DNA from: an uncultured Planctomycetota bacterium
GTDB lineage: Bacteria > Planctomycetota > Planctomycetia > Gemmatales > Gemmataceae
NCBI GenBank assembly: GCA_963849325.1
Contig: CAWKHF010000010.1
Location: forward strand, 288,001 to 352,000
Reading direction: 5' to 3'
DNA: 64,000 bases
In this document: positions 9,349-17,561 of the stretch, one piece after another
How positions within the stretch are numbered: the first letter of the stretch is position 1
Layout: every line of letters starts with the position of its first letter
Translations under genes and position numbers: made by a program
The notes under the pieces: model-generated
The model's input: only the letters and a program-made list of their open reading frames with translations
What the model was told of the DNA's origin: nothing
The model's database searches: none

Positions 9349-10350
9349 CTATGCCGGCTTCCAGTGGATGACAGCCGAGGCGGCGAAGTCTCCGGCGTGG
9401 GCAAATCCACCGAGCACGAGATGAGAGTTCGCCTTCAATTGCCCGCTGTCGATGGCCTCCTCGAGGCAGATCGGCAGGGCGGCGCCGAACAGGTTGCCGT
9501 GCCGCTCGAAGGTCGATACGTGTCTTTGCGTTGGCACCTGCAGCGCTTCGCGCCAGTTGCGCAGGAACAGGTTGTTGGGCTGGTTCGTGATGAGCGTGCC
9601 GATCTCACTGGGAGGAAGTTCGGCACGGCGGCAAGCCTCGCGGATGGCCTCCGGGACGATGCGGTTGGCACGGCTCATAATGTGGCACAGCTTCGCCTCG
9701 TTGAAATCCACGGAGGTACATGCCGTGCTCGGCTCCCACCATGCGGTGCCATCGGCACGGACGACAGCCATGTCGCCGGCATACTCGCAATAGTTCTGAT
9801 GCACGACCGCCTTGACCGGCGATTCCCCCGAGGCCACGAGATAGCCCACGCCACAGCCGTCGCCAGGGATGCGGGCCTGCTTGAGCTTGCGGGTCTGTTC
9901 ACTGCCGAACAGACGGCCGGCCGAATTCTGGACGTTGCACAACAGGGCCGTCTTCGCCCCGTGGCAGCTCATCAGCGCCTGGGCCTGGGCGATCATGTAG
10001 ACGAACGAGACGCATCCTCCATTGTGGATGTCGAGGATCCAGCTAGGGCGAATCCCCAGCGCCTTGGCGGCGTCGGCCCCGCAGCCGGTGAACGGCTGGT
10101 CCGGGGAGGTGACGTTGGTCATGAGGATATCAACGTCCTTGTGCAAGTTGAGGTTCAGGCGAGCCGCCAATTTGCGGGCGGCATGGACGATCATCACACT
10201 CGCCGTTTCATCGCGGGAAACGTGATGCCGCTGTTTCACGCCGCGAAACATGAGGGGCGCTCGCTCCGAATCGCTGTTCTGAAAGAAGGAGTTCTCGACG
10301 ATTCGTCGCGGCAGGTAACTGGCCGCGCCAACCAGGCTTACGGTCTTCAT
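9349..10350 (-). CDS. 3-oxoacyl-ACP synthase III (FabH-like; NzsJ/CqsB1-type)
   Basis: Starts MKTVSLVGAASYLPRRIVEN with ATGA overlap to upstream gene; catalytic Cys in NGGCVSF; ITNQPN (Asn replaces the usual His); HGNLFGA; GGFAHAG. Confidence 0.88.
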   Translation of the reverse strand: MKTVSLVGAASYLPRRIVENSFFQNSDSERAPLMFRGVKQRHHVSRDETASVMIVHAARKLAARLNLNLHKDVDILMTNVTSPDQPFTGCGADAAKALGIRPSWILDIHNGGCVSFVYMIAQAQALMSCHGAKTALLCNVQNSAGRLFGSEQTRKLKQARIPGDGCGVGYLVASGESPVKAVVHQNYCEYAGDMAVVRADGTAWWEPSTACTSVDFNEAKLCHIMSRANRIVPEAIREACRRAELPPSEIGTLITNQPNNLFLRNWREALQVPTQRHVSTFERHGNLFGAALPICLEEAIDSGQLKANSHLVLGGFAHAGDFAASAVIHWKPA

Positions 10351-10988
10351 GGCCGACCTCCCATGGTCATGGGCAGCCCGTTGGCATGGCGGTACTCGAG
10401 AATGTGCTTGAGGTTGTCTAGCTCGATCTTGTGGCCCGCGTAGAAGAACGGCCACATGTCCCCCACCCAGACCTTGCGGCCCTTGGGCGACCTGTCCGGG
10501 AACGGGTTGTTGTCGTAGTAGGGGTGCCGGCAGTTGGTCCAGAGCACGACACAGCCGGGCCGGTTGAGCACCAGCTTCGCGGGCACGACGCGCATCAGGT
10601 AGATCATCCACAGTTCGTCGCCCTGGTCCCAGGCGCAGTGGTAATCCACCGTCATCGCCTCGGGGTTGGCGACCACCCGTGTGTAGATCTTCGTGGCGCC
10701 GCCGATGCGGTCGGTGGCAACGACCATCCCGGTTTCGTCCATCGGCGTGAAATCGCGCAGGCTGTACGTCCACTCCTGCAGCGTGTACACATCGGCCAGG
10801 TACTCAAACGCCTTCTCGGGCGGGCAATCGACGTAATCCTGCAGCGAGCAATACTGGCCGTAAACCTCGTCGTGCGGGTAAACGGCGTGCGTCATTTCCA
10901 TCGTCAGATCGGTCATTTCATCCTTGCAGCAGTTCTCGATGCGACGTACGCCGGGTAGGCGGTCGATGGCAGCCGAAATGAGATTCAT
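10347..10988 (-). CDS. SRPBCC/START-fold cyclase, carbazole-synthase (NzsI/CqsB2)-like
   Basis: AAGGAG RBS, 213 aa; DCPPEKAFEYLAD, EWTYSLR, TVDYHCAWDQG, LWMIYLMRV, VVLWTNCRHPYY, GHKIELDNLK; translationally coupled to KAS III. Confidence 0.75.
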   Translation of the reverse strand: MNLISAAIDRLPGVRRIENCCKDEMTDLTMEMTHAVYPHDEVYGQYCSLQDYVDCPPEKAFEYLADVYTLQEWTYSLRDFTPMDETGMVVATDRIGGATKIYTRVVANPEAMTVDYHCAWDQGDELWMIYLMRVVPAKLVLNRPGCVVLWTNCRHPYYDNNPFPDRSPKGRKVWVGDMWPFFYAGHKIELDNLKHILEYRHANGLPMTMGGRP

Positions 10989-11098
10989 CGCGTGTACTCC
11001 TTGTTCGTAACTCGAGCAGTGAAATGGCAGACTTGAGGTCGAAGCGTGATGCCTTGCTAAAGTCTTATATTGCGTCCAATCGAAACTGTGACGGCTTG

Positions 11099-11246
11099 AG
11101 AGTCTGTTCCCGAAGCTCCCCTCTCCCCTGTACTCAGGGGAGAGGGGTTGGGGGTGAGGGGTGAGAAACCCACGAAAAACCCGCCCCCTCACCCCAACCC
11201 CTCTCCCCCGGAGTACCGGGGGAGAGGGGCTTTCGGAACAGACTCT
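11099..11246. repeat. Composite REP-like inverted repeat (CCCCTCTCCCC-GTAC-GGGGAGAGGGG family) in divergent intergenic region
   Basis: Outer arms AGAGTCTGTTCC...GGAACAGACTCT enclose two CCCCTCTCCCC/GGGGAGAGGGG hairpins. Confidence 0.85.
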
Positions 11247-11410
11247 GATATCTCCGATCACCCCACGTAGGACTTCATCAGGCGCGGCCTCATCAAGCGT
11301 GCGCGGCGCCGGGATTGTTCCTGGCGGGCCTGTCACAAGTGATCGCGCGGGGGCTACCAGAGGGTGAAGAACATTCTCGTCATTGCGGATTTCAGACGGC
11401 GGATTGCAGA

Positions 11411-12592
11411 ATGAAGAAGCTACTCCCTGAGCATCTGCTGTCCCGGAAATCCGCCAGGCTCAAGCTGCCCTACTCGCTAACCACTGTCTGGCGACAACAG
11501 CTGCGCTATCTTCCGGCGGTGTTCGCCGTCGCCTTCAGTGCGGTCCTCAGCACCCTGCAGTGCGGACTTCTGGTGGGCATCCTCAACATCGCGGCCCGGC
11601 CGATCCACCGCAGCGATGCCCACGTCTGGCTGGCTTCTCCCGGCGTGCGTGGCCTGGGGTTTGGCCGTCCCATCCCTCTGGCCTGGAAGACCCGCCTGCT
11701 GTCGCAGCCGGAGGTAGAGCGAGTGGAAGAGTACCTGTGCGGCTTTGCCCAGTTCCAGAGGCCCGACGGCAGCACCGACCAGTGCAGCGTCGTCGGCATG
11801 AGGCTGGAGGCGGGCTCCCTGGGAGCGCTGGCGGACCTTACGCCGGAGATGCGCCAGAGCCTGACGCGGCCGGGCACGGCCGTGGTGTACGAGTCGGAAC
11901 TGCCGCTCCTGGGACTGCGGGATACGCCGGGAGAGGTCGGAGAGGTGGAGGGCCACCGTGTGGAGATTGTCGGCACCCTTCGGGGAGGCGACGGGGCAGG
12001 GTTGACTCCCGGGCTGTACTGTTCGCTGCGAACCGCTCGTGGGCTGTTGGCCTCGGTGTCGGGGCGACAGACGACTTACCTGTTGGCCCGGTGCCATGCT
12101 CCCGAACAAGGCCCTCTCCTGGCCCGAAAGCTGGAGGCGAGCTATCGAGACATGGACGCGATGACGAGCGGAGAGCTGGCCTGGCGAACCCAGTGTTACT
12201 GGCTGATCAAGACCCGGGCAGGGCTCGTCCTCGGCTTCGCCGCGGCGCTGGGCCTGATGGTCGGCGCGGTGGTCACTTCGCAGACGCTCTACGGGGCGAG
12301 CGTGGCCTCGCTCCGCGAGTACGCGGTCCTTCTCGCCCTGGGCATCCCACGTTGGCGGCTGCGGCGGCTGGTGCTCGGCCAGTCCTTCTGGGTCACTCTG
12401 GCCGGGCTCACGCTGGCCCTGCCGCTGACCGTGATCCTGGCCCACATCGCCCGCCCGATGAACGTGGAAGTGCTCCTACCGCCCTGGCTCGTGGCCGCGG
12501 TCGGAGGCCTTACGCTGGCGGTCGGCCTGCTGTCGGGGACCACCGCCCTGCGCTCGCTCCGCCAGGCTGATCCCGCCACGTTGCTGCGTTAA
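11411..12592 (+). CDS. ABC exporter permease (FtsX/DevC-like), copy 1
   Basis: RYLPAVFAVAFSAVL, periplasmic domain, SQTLYGA...REYAVLLALG, three C-terminal TM helices, DPATLLR; start uncertain. Confidence 0.85.
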   Translation: MKKLLPEHLLSRKSARLKLPYSLTTVWRQQLRYLPAVFAVAFSAVLSTLQCGLLVGILNIAARPIHRSDAHVWLASPGVRGLGFGRPIPLAWKTRLLSQPEVERVEEYLCGFAQFQRPDGSTDQCSVVGMRLEAGSLGALADLTPEMRQSLTRPGTAVVYESELPLLGLRDTPGEVGEVEGHRVEIVGTLRGGDGAGLTPGLYCSLRTARGLLASVSGRQTTYLLARCHAPEQGPLLARKLEASYRDMDAMTSGELAWRTQCYWLIKTRAGLVLGFAAALGLMVGAVVTSQTLYGASVASLREYAVLLALGIPRWRLRRLVLGQSFWVTLAGLTLALPLTVILAHIARPMNVEVLLPPWLVAAVGGLTLAVGLLSGTTALRSLRQADPATLLR

Positions 12593-12607
12593 AGAGGAAA
12601 AAGGACC

Positions 12608-13324
12608 GTGAAGACACTAATCGCCCGTAACCTGACGCGCAGCTTCGGCAGCGGCGACACCCGCGTGGTCGCCCTGGACGATGTCTCTCTGGAGCTGCGC
12701 CCTGGGGAGTTCTCGCTGCTCATGGGGCCGTCGGGGTCGGGCAAGTCCACTCTCCTGGCCGTGCTCTCCGGGTTGGTGCCGCCCGACAGTGGCCAGGTCG
12801 TCGCCCTGGGCCAGAAGGTGTGGGCCCTGTCACCTCTCCAACGAGAGGAATTCCGCCGCCAATCGACCGGATTTATCTTTCAGGGCTACAACCTGTTCCC
12901 CGCCTTGACCGTCCGCGAGCAACTGGAGATGGTTTTGCTCTGGGCAGTCGGGGTGCCGCCCGACGAGGCCGAGCACAAGGTGGAGGCCATGCTGGACCTC
13001 CTGGGCCTGGCCGAGAAAGCCGACTGCCTCCCCGAGCAATTGTCCGGCGGCGAGAAGCAACGAGTGGCCATCGCCCGCGCCCTGATCAAGGATCCCCAAC
13101 TCCTCTTCGCCGACGAACCCACCAGCGCCCTCGACTGGCAGCGCGGCCGGCAGATCGTCGAGCTGTTGCAGGCCAGCGCCCGCGAGCGGGGGGCAGTCCT
13201 GGTCGTGGTCTCCCACGACAACCGGCTCCTCCCCTATGCCGACCGCGTGCTCCACCTCGAGGACGGCTGCCTCGATCGGCCGGAAGCGCCGGCTGGACCC
13301 GAACCCCACAAGAGGAGTCCATGA
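12608..13324 (+). CDS. ABC exporter ATP-binding protein (LolD/DevA-like), copy 1
   Basis: GPSGSGKS, LSGGEKQRVAIARAL, FADEPTSALD, VSHD. Confidence 0.93.
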   Translation: MKTLIARNLTRSFGSGDTRVVALDDVSLELRPGEFSLLMGPSGSGKSTLLAVLSGLVPPDSGQVVALGQKVWALSPLQREEFRRQSTGFIFQGYNLFPALTVREQLEMVLLWAVGVPPDEAEHKVEAMLDLLGLAEKADCLPEQLSGGEKQRVAIARALIKDPQLLFADEPTSALDWQRGRQIVELLQASARERGAVLVVVSHDNRLLPYADRVLHLEDGCLDRPEAPAGPEPHKRSP

Positions 13325-14373
13325 AAGTCTTCCGTCCCCGCACGTTGGTTTGGCTGCTGGCCGTGGCCGTGGTGCTGGTCGGCCTGAGCGGCGCCGCCGG
13401 CGTTTTCCGCCTGCCGCTGGCCCTGTTCGGCTGCAGGCAGCCGGATTCGGAACGGCCCGGCCTGCAAGGCGTGGAGTGCCTTGGCCGGGTCGATGTCGAG
13501 GGCGGCCTGCTCGAACTCGCTCCTGTCCGCTCGGGTCGTGTCGTGGCAGTGAGCGTCCACGAGGGAGAGGCGGTGCCTGCAGGGGCGGTGTTGCTGCGAC
13601 TGGATGAGCAGCCGGCCCAACTGCTCGTTCAGCAGGCCCGCGCGGCCCAGCAGGTGGCCGAGACCCAGGTCGCTCTTGCTGAGGAGGCGGCCAGGCTGCA
13701 CACCTTCCGGGTGGCCGGCCAGGAGGCGCTTGCCCGGGCGGCTCGGAATCGCGTGCCGGCCGCCCGCGAGCAGATGGAGCGTAAGGAACGACTCTTCGAC
13801 CAGGGACTGATCGACAAGGAGGAGAAGGCCGCCGCCCGGCAAGAGGTGAAAACGCTGGAGTCCCTGGCGGAAGCTGAGGAGAAGCGGGTGGAGGGCTTGC
13901 GCGGCGAGAACCCTTGTTTGCGCGTTCAGCAGGCCAGGGCGGAGCTGGCGCGGGCGGAGGCGCTGCTGGCGGAGGCGCGGTACGCTCTGGACCAGTGCGT
14001 GGTGAAAGCGCCCGTGGCAGGCAGTGTGCTCCGGCTGCGCTGCAGCGCCGGCGAGGTCATCTCACCGCAGCTGGCCGTAATCGTGTTCGCCCCGGCGCGG
14101 CCTCGTATCGTCCGTGTCGAGGTGGAGCAGGAGCTGATCCATCGGGTCGAGGTCAGTCAGCCCGCCGTGGTGAGGGACGAAATGCACCCGGAACGATCCT
14201 GGAACGGCCGGGTCGTCCGGATGAGCGACTGGTACTCCGACAATCCCACCATCCCCCGCCGGATGGCAAGGTTCACGGACATCCCGACGGTGCAGTGCGA
14301 GATCGCGCTGGACCCCGGACACCCGCCATTGCGCATCGGCCAGCGGATGACGGTGCTTCTTGGCGGCCCGTGA
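13321..14373 (+). CDS. HlyD/DevB-like membrane fusion protein, copy 1
   Basis: ATGA overlap with ATPase; N-terminal TM, GRVVAVSVHEGEAVPAGAVLLRLD lipoyl half-motif, coiled coil, KAPVAGSV, LRIGQRMTV. Confidence 0.88.
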   Translation: MKVFRPRTLVWLLAVAVVLVGLSGAAGVFRLPLALFGCRQPDSERPGLQGVECLGRVDVEGGLLELAPVRSGRVVAVSVHEGEAVPAGAVLLRLDEQPAQLLVQQARAAQQVAETQVALAEEAARLHTFRVAGQEALARAARNRVPAAREQMERKERLFDQGLIDKEEKAAARQEVKTLESLAEAEEKRVEGLRGENPCLRVQQARAELARAEALLAEARYALDQCVVKAPVAGSVLRLRCSAGEVISPQLAVIVFAPARPRIVRVEVEQELIHRVEVSQPAVVRDEMHPERSWNGRVVRMSDWYSDNPTIPRRMARFTDIPTVQCEIALDPGHPPLRIGQRMTVLLGGP

Positions 14374-14755
14374 CCCAGCCGTGACTGCAGCAACGGGTCG
14401 TGGGACTCGTGCTGGTCGGGCATAGCTCGCTGCAGCGCATCGAAGGTCTTCCGCCTTCGCTCGCATGGGCTGCGGCAACCCGGCTGGGCATCCGTCTCCA
14501 AATCGCATCCGGTCTGTCTTCTCTTGACCACATCGGTGAGGACGAACCCGCCGTTCTCCGTATGGTCGCCTCGTTCTCCCTCTCGATTTGCGAAGCGATT
14601 GTCACAGCTCCCCGTTCAGGTCGAAGAAGAGATGGAGCGGAAACGCTTCCTCCCCTGATAACCACACGCTTGGGAGATGGGCATGGCGCCGGCCTCCAGC
14701 CGCGCCGGGTCCGTGCATCGTCTTGCTTCTTGGATTCTGAACAACGGAAGGTCCC

Positions 14756-17503
14756 ATGAGCCACATGCTACTGAGTGTCCCGAGTCCACTGCTGTCCTCC
14801 GCAACGAGCGGATCGCCGGCGCCGGCCCCCTCCGCGGAACGAGAGCCGCGCCGTCAGGGGCAGACCGAGGGACATCCATACGCGCGCTGCGTCAACCCCT
14901 ACCTGGCCGACCTGCTGAATAAGCTGTGGCTGGACAAGCGGTTCGTGAGCGGCGAGGGCTGTGAGCTAATCGACGACACGGGCCGGCGCTACCTCGACGC
15001 CGTGGCAGCCTACGGGGCACTGCCCTTCGGCTTCAATCCTCCCGAGATCTGGCGCAGCTTGCTGGAGGTGCAGCGGAGCGGCGAGCCGAGCTTCGTGCAG
15101 CCCTCGTTGCTGGATGCGGCCGGCGAGCTGGCCGAACGCTTGCTGGCCGTGGCGCCGGCGAACCTCCGCTACGTGACGTTCGCCAACAGCGGCGCCGAAG
15201 CGGTCGAGGCCGCCGTCAAGATGTGCCGGGTCGCCACCGGGCGGCTGGGCATCCTGGCCACGAATGGCAGCTTCCACGGCAAGACCCTGGGGGCGCTGTC
15301 CGCGACCGGCAACGCCCATTACCAGGACGGCTTCGGCGCTCCGGCCGGCGATTTCCGCCACATCCCCTTCGGCGATGCGGCCGCGCTGCGCCGCGAGCTG
15401 GAGGCCCATCCGGGCTACTATGCCGCCTTCCTGGTCGAACCGATCCAGGGCGAGGGCGGCGTGATCGTGCCGCCGCCGGGCTATCTCGTCGAGGTGCGCG
15501 ACATCTGCACCCGCGCGGGCGTTCTCCTGGTGCTGGACGAGATTCAGACCGGGCTGGGACGAACCGGCGCCCTGTTCGCCTGCGAGGCCGAGGACGTTCA
15601 GCCGGATGTCCTGACGCTCGCCAAGGCCCTGGGCGGCGGACTGCTCCCGATCGGGGCCGTCCTCAGCAGCGAAAAAGCCTACTCCGAGACGTTCGCCCTC
15701 AAGCATTCCTCGACGTTCGCGGCCAACGCCCTGGCCTGCCGAGCCGGGCTGGCCGCCCTCGACCTGCTGACGCGCGACGACGGCGCCCTGGTGCGGCGCG
15801 TGGCTCGCAACGGCGCCCGTCTCCAGGAAGGCTTGCTGGCCTTGCAACGGCGCTTTCCGCAGTTGATCGCCGAGGTGCGCGGCCGGGGCTTCTTGCTCGG
15901 CCTCCGCTTCACCACCGATCGTGCTCTCTGGCCGGAGGGTCTGCTGGGCGTGGCGCTCGAACAGGAGTTCTTTACGCCCGTGTTCGCCAGCTACATGCTC
16001 AACGTGGAAGCGGTTCGCGTCGCCCCGACCCTCAACGGCAAGGCGGTCCTCCGCATCGAACCGGCGTTGACGATGTCCTGGCCGCAGTGCCAGCGGTTGC
16101 TGTCCGCGCTGGAGCGGGCGCTGACCGTGTTCGCGGCCGGAGACACGGGGCGGATTCTGGCATCGATCCTGGAAGGTCGGCCCTGCCCGCCGGCGCGGTC
16201 GATGCCGCTGCCGAAGCCGTGGCTTGAGGTCAAGCTCCGTCCAGCCGAACGCCGCTTCGCCTTCCTGATGCACCCCCTCGACTATGCCAACGCCGTCGAT
16301 TTCGATCCGTCGCTGGCCTACCTCGATGCGTCCTCTCTGGAGACGGTGGTGCGCAAGGTCGCTTCGTTCGTGGAGCCGTTCGTGGTCAGCCACGGGCGTG
16401 TGGTGTCGGCGACCGGCGAGACGATCTACGGCGAGTTCATCACCCTGCCGCGCACCGCCGAGGAGCTGACGCGGATGCGTCGCAAGGAGGCGATCGAGTA
16501 CGTCCGAGGGGCGCTGCACCTGGCGCGAGACCGCGGCGCTCAGCTCGTCGGGCTGGGGGCGTTCACCTCCGTGGTGACGCTCGGCGGCCGAGCGGTGGCG
16601 GAAGAGGGAGTGCCGATCACCACCGGCAATTCGTACACGTCGGTCGCGTCCGCCGAGGCCATCCGCAAGGCCCTGGCGCTGGTGGGTCGCGGGGAGAAGA
16701 CGCCTCCTACAGCGGCCATCATCGGAGCGACCGGCGCCATCGGCCGTACCCTGGCCCTGCTGCTCGCCGAGGACGTGGGCCGGCTCATTTTGGTGGGCAA
16801 CCCGGACTCCTCCGCCAAGTACGTCCGCGAGCGCTTGCTGGCGACGGCCGGCGATGTCGTCCGCTTTGTCAGCGCCCGGCACGCCGAGGGTTCGACCTTC
16901 CGGCCGGGCACCTTCGCCGCCCAGTTGCTCGCTCATCTGCCCGGTGGCGTGGTCGAGCAAGCCGCGATCGACGAGGTCGTCAGCCGGCTGGAACAGACCG
17001 GCTGGTTGGCGATCACGCAGGAGACGGCCGCCGCCGTGCGCCAGGCTCGGGTGGTGGTCACGGCGACCAGCGCCACCGGCACCGTCGTGCGGCCGGAAGA
17101 CCTGCGCCGGCGGGCGGTGGTTTGCGATGTCTCGCGGCCGGCCAACGTCGGCCAGGAGATCCTCGAAACGCGGCCCGACGTGCTGGTGATCGACGGCGGC
17201 GTCATCGCGGCGCCCGCCGGATCGGCCCTCAGCCAATTCGGACTGGGCGACGGCCTGATCTACGGCTGCATGGCGGAAACGATGATGCTCACCCTGGCCG
17301 GGCACCTGCGCAACACCAGCCTCGGCACCGACCTGACGCCCGAGACGCTGCACCTGTTGCGGACGCTGGCCGACAAGCATGGCTTCCACGTCGCCAAGCT
17401 ACGCAGCTTCGGCCGGCCGCTGGAAGAAGCCGACTTTCACCGCTTCCGCTCGGCGGAGGCTTCCAACAGGAGTGACAACCGTCTGTCACGAGCGGCATCC
17501 TAA
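14756..17503 (+). CDS. Class III PLP aminotransferase fused to acyl-ACP (thioester) reductase-like domain (TamH-like)
   Basis: N-half: YLDAVAAYG, NSGAEAVE, FHGKT, EPIQGEGG, DEIQTGLGRTG, AKALGGG. C-half: FAFLMHP, LGAFTSVV, TTGNSYT, GATGAIG, DVSRP, IDGG, GCMAETM, as in cyanobacterial acyl-ACP reductase. Confidence 0.85.
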   Translation: MSHMLLSVPSPLLSSATSGSPAPAPSAEREPRRQGQTEGHPYARCVNPYLADLLNKLWLDKRFVSGEGCELIDDTGRRYLDAVAAYGALPFGFNPPEIWRSLLEVQRSGEPSFVQPSLLDAAGELAERLLAVAPANLRYVTFANSGAEAVEAAVKMCRVATGRLGILATNGSFHGKTLGALSATGNAHYQDGFGAPAGDFRHIPFGDAAALRRELEAHPGYYAAFLVEPIQGEGGVIVPPPGYLVEVRDICTRAGVLLVLDEIQTGLGRTGALFACEAEDVQPDVLTLAKALGGGLLPIGAVLSSEKAYSETFALKHSSTFAANALACRAGLAALDLLTRDDGALVRRVARNGARLQEGLLALQRRFPQLIAEVRGRGFLLGLRFTTDRALWPEGLLGVALEQEFFTPVFASYMLNVEAVRVAPTLNGKAVLRIEPALTMSWPQCQRLLSALERALTVFAAGDTGRILASILEGRPCPPARSMPLPKPWLEVKLRPAERRFAFLMHPLDYANAVDFDPSLAYLDASSLETVVRKVASFVEPFVVSHGRVVSATGETIYGEFITLPRTAEELTRMRRKEAIEYVRGALHLARDRGAQLVGLGAFTSVVTLGGRAVAEEGVPITTGNSYTSVASAEAIRKALALVGRGEKTPPTAAIIGATGAIGRTLALLLAEDVGRLILVGNPDSSAKYVRERLLATAGDVVRFVSARHAEGSTFRPGTFAAQLLAHLPGGVVEQAAIDEVVSRLEQTGWLAITQETAAAVRQARVVVTATSATGTVVRPEDLRRRAVVCDVSRPANVGQEILETRPDVLVIDGGVIAAPAGSALSQFGLGDGLIYGCMAETMMLTLAGHLRNTSLGTDLTPETLHLLRTLADKHGFHVAKLRSFGRPLEEADFHRFRSAEASNRSDNRLSRAAS

Positions 17504-17561
17504 TTGGTCGGATGTCGTGTCCTGGTCCCTGAATCCACTCGTAATTCCAAGGAGATAGTCA

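Noticed and set aside
10989-11336. N-terminal extension of the SRPBCC cyclase ORF
   Set aside because: It is a translation of the REP palindrome and promoter region; a good RBS precedes ATG 10988.
14966-17389. Long antisense ORFs (e.g. 14966-17389, 41909-43900, 30592-32226, 46696-48291, 62388-63737)
   Set aside because: They shadow well-supported genes on the opposite strand, an expected effect of high GC3 codon bias, and carry no motifs.
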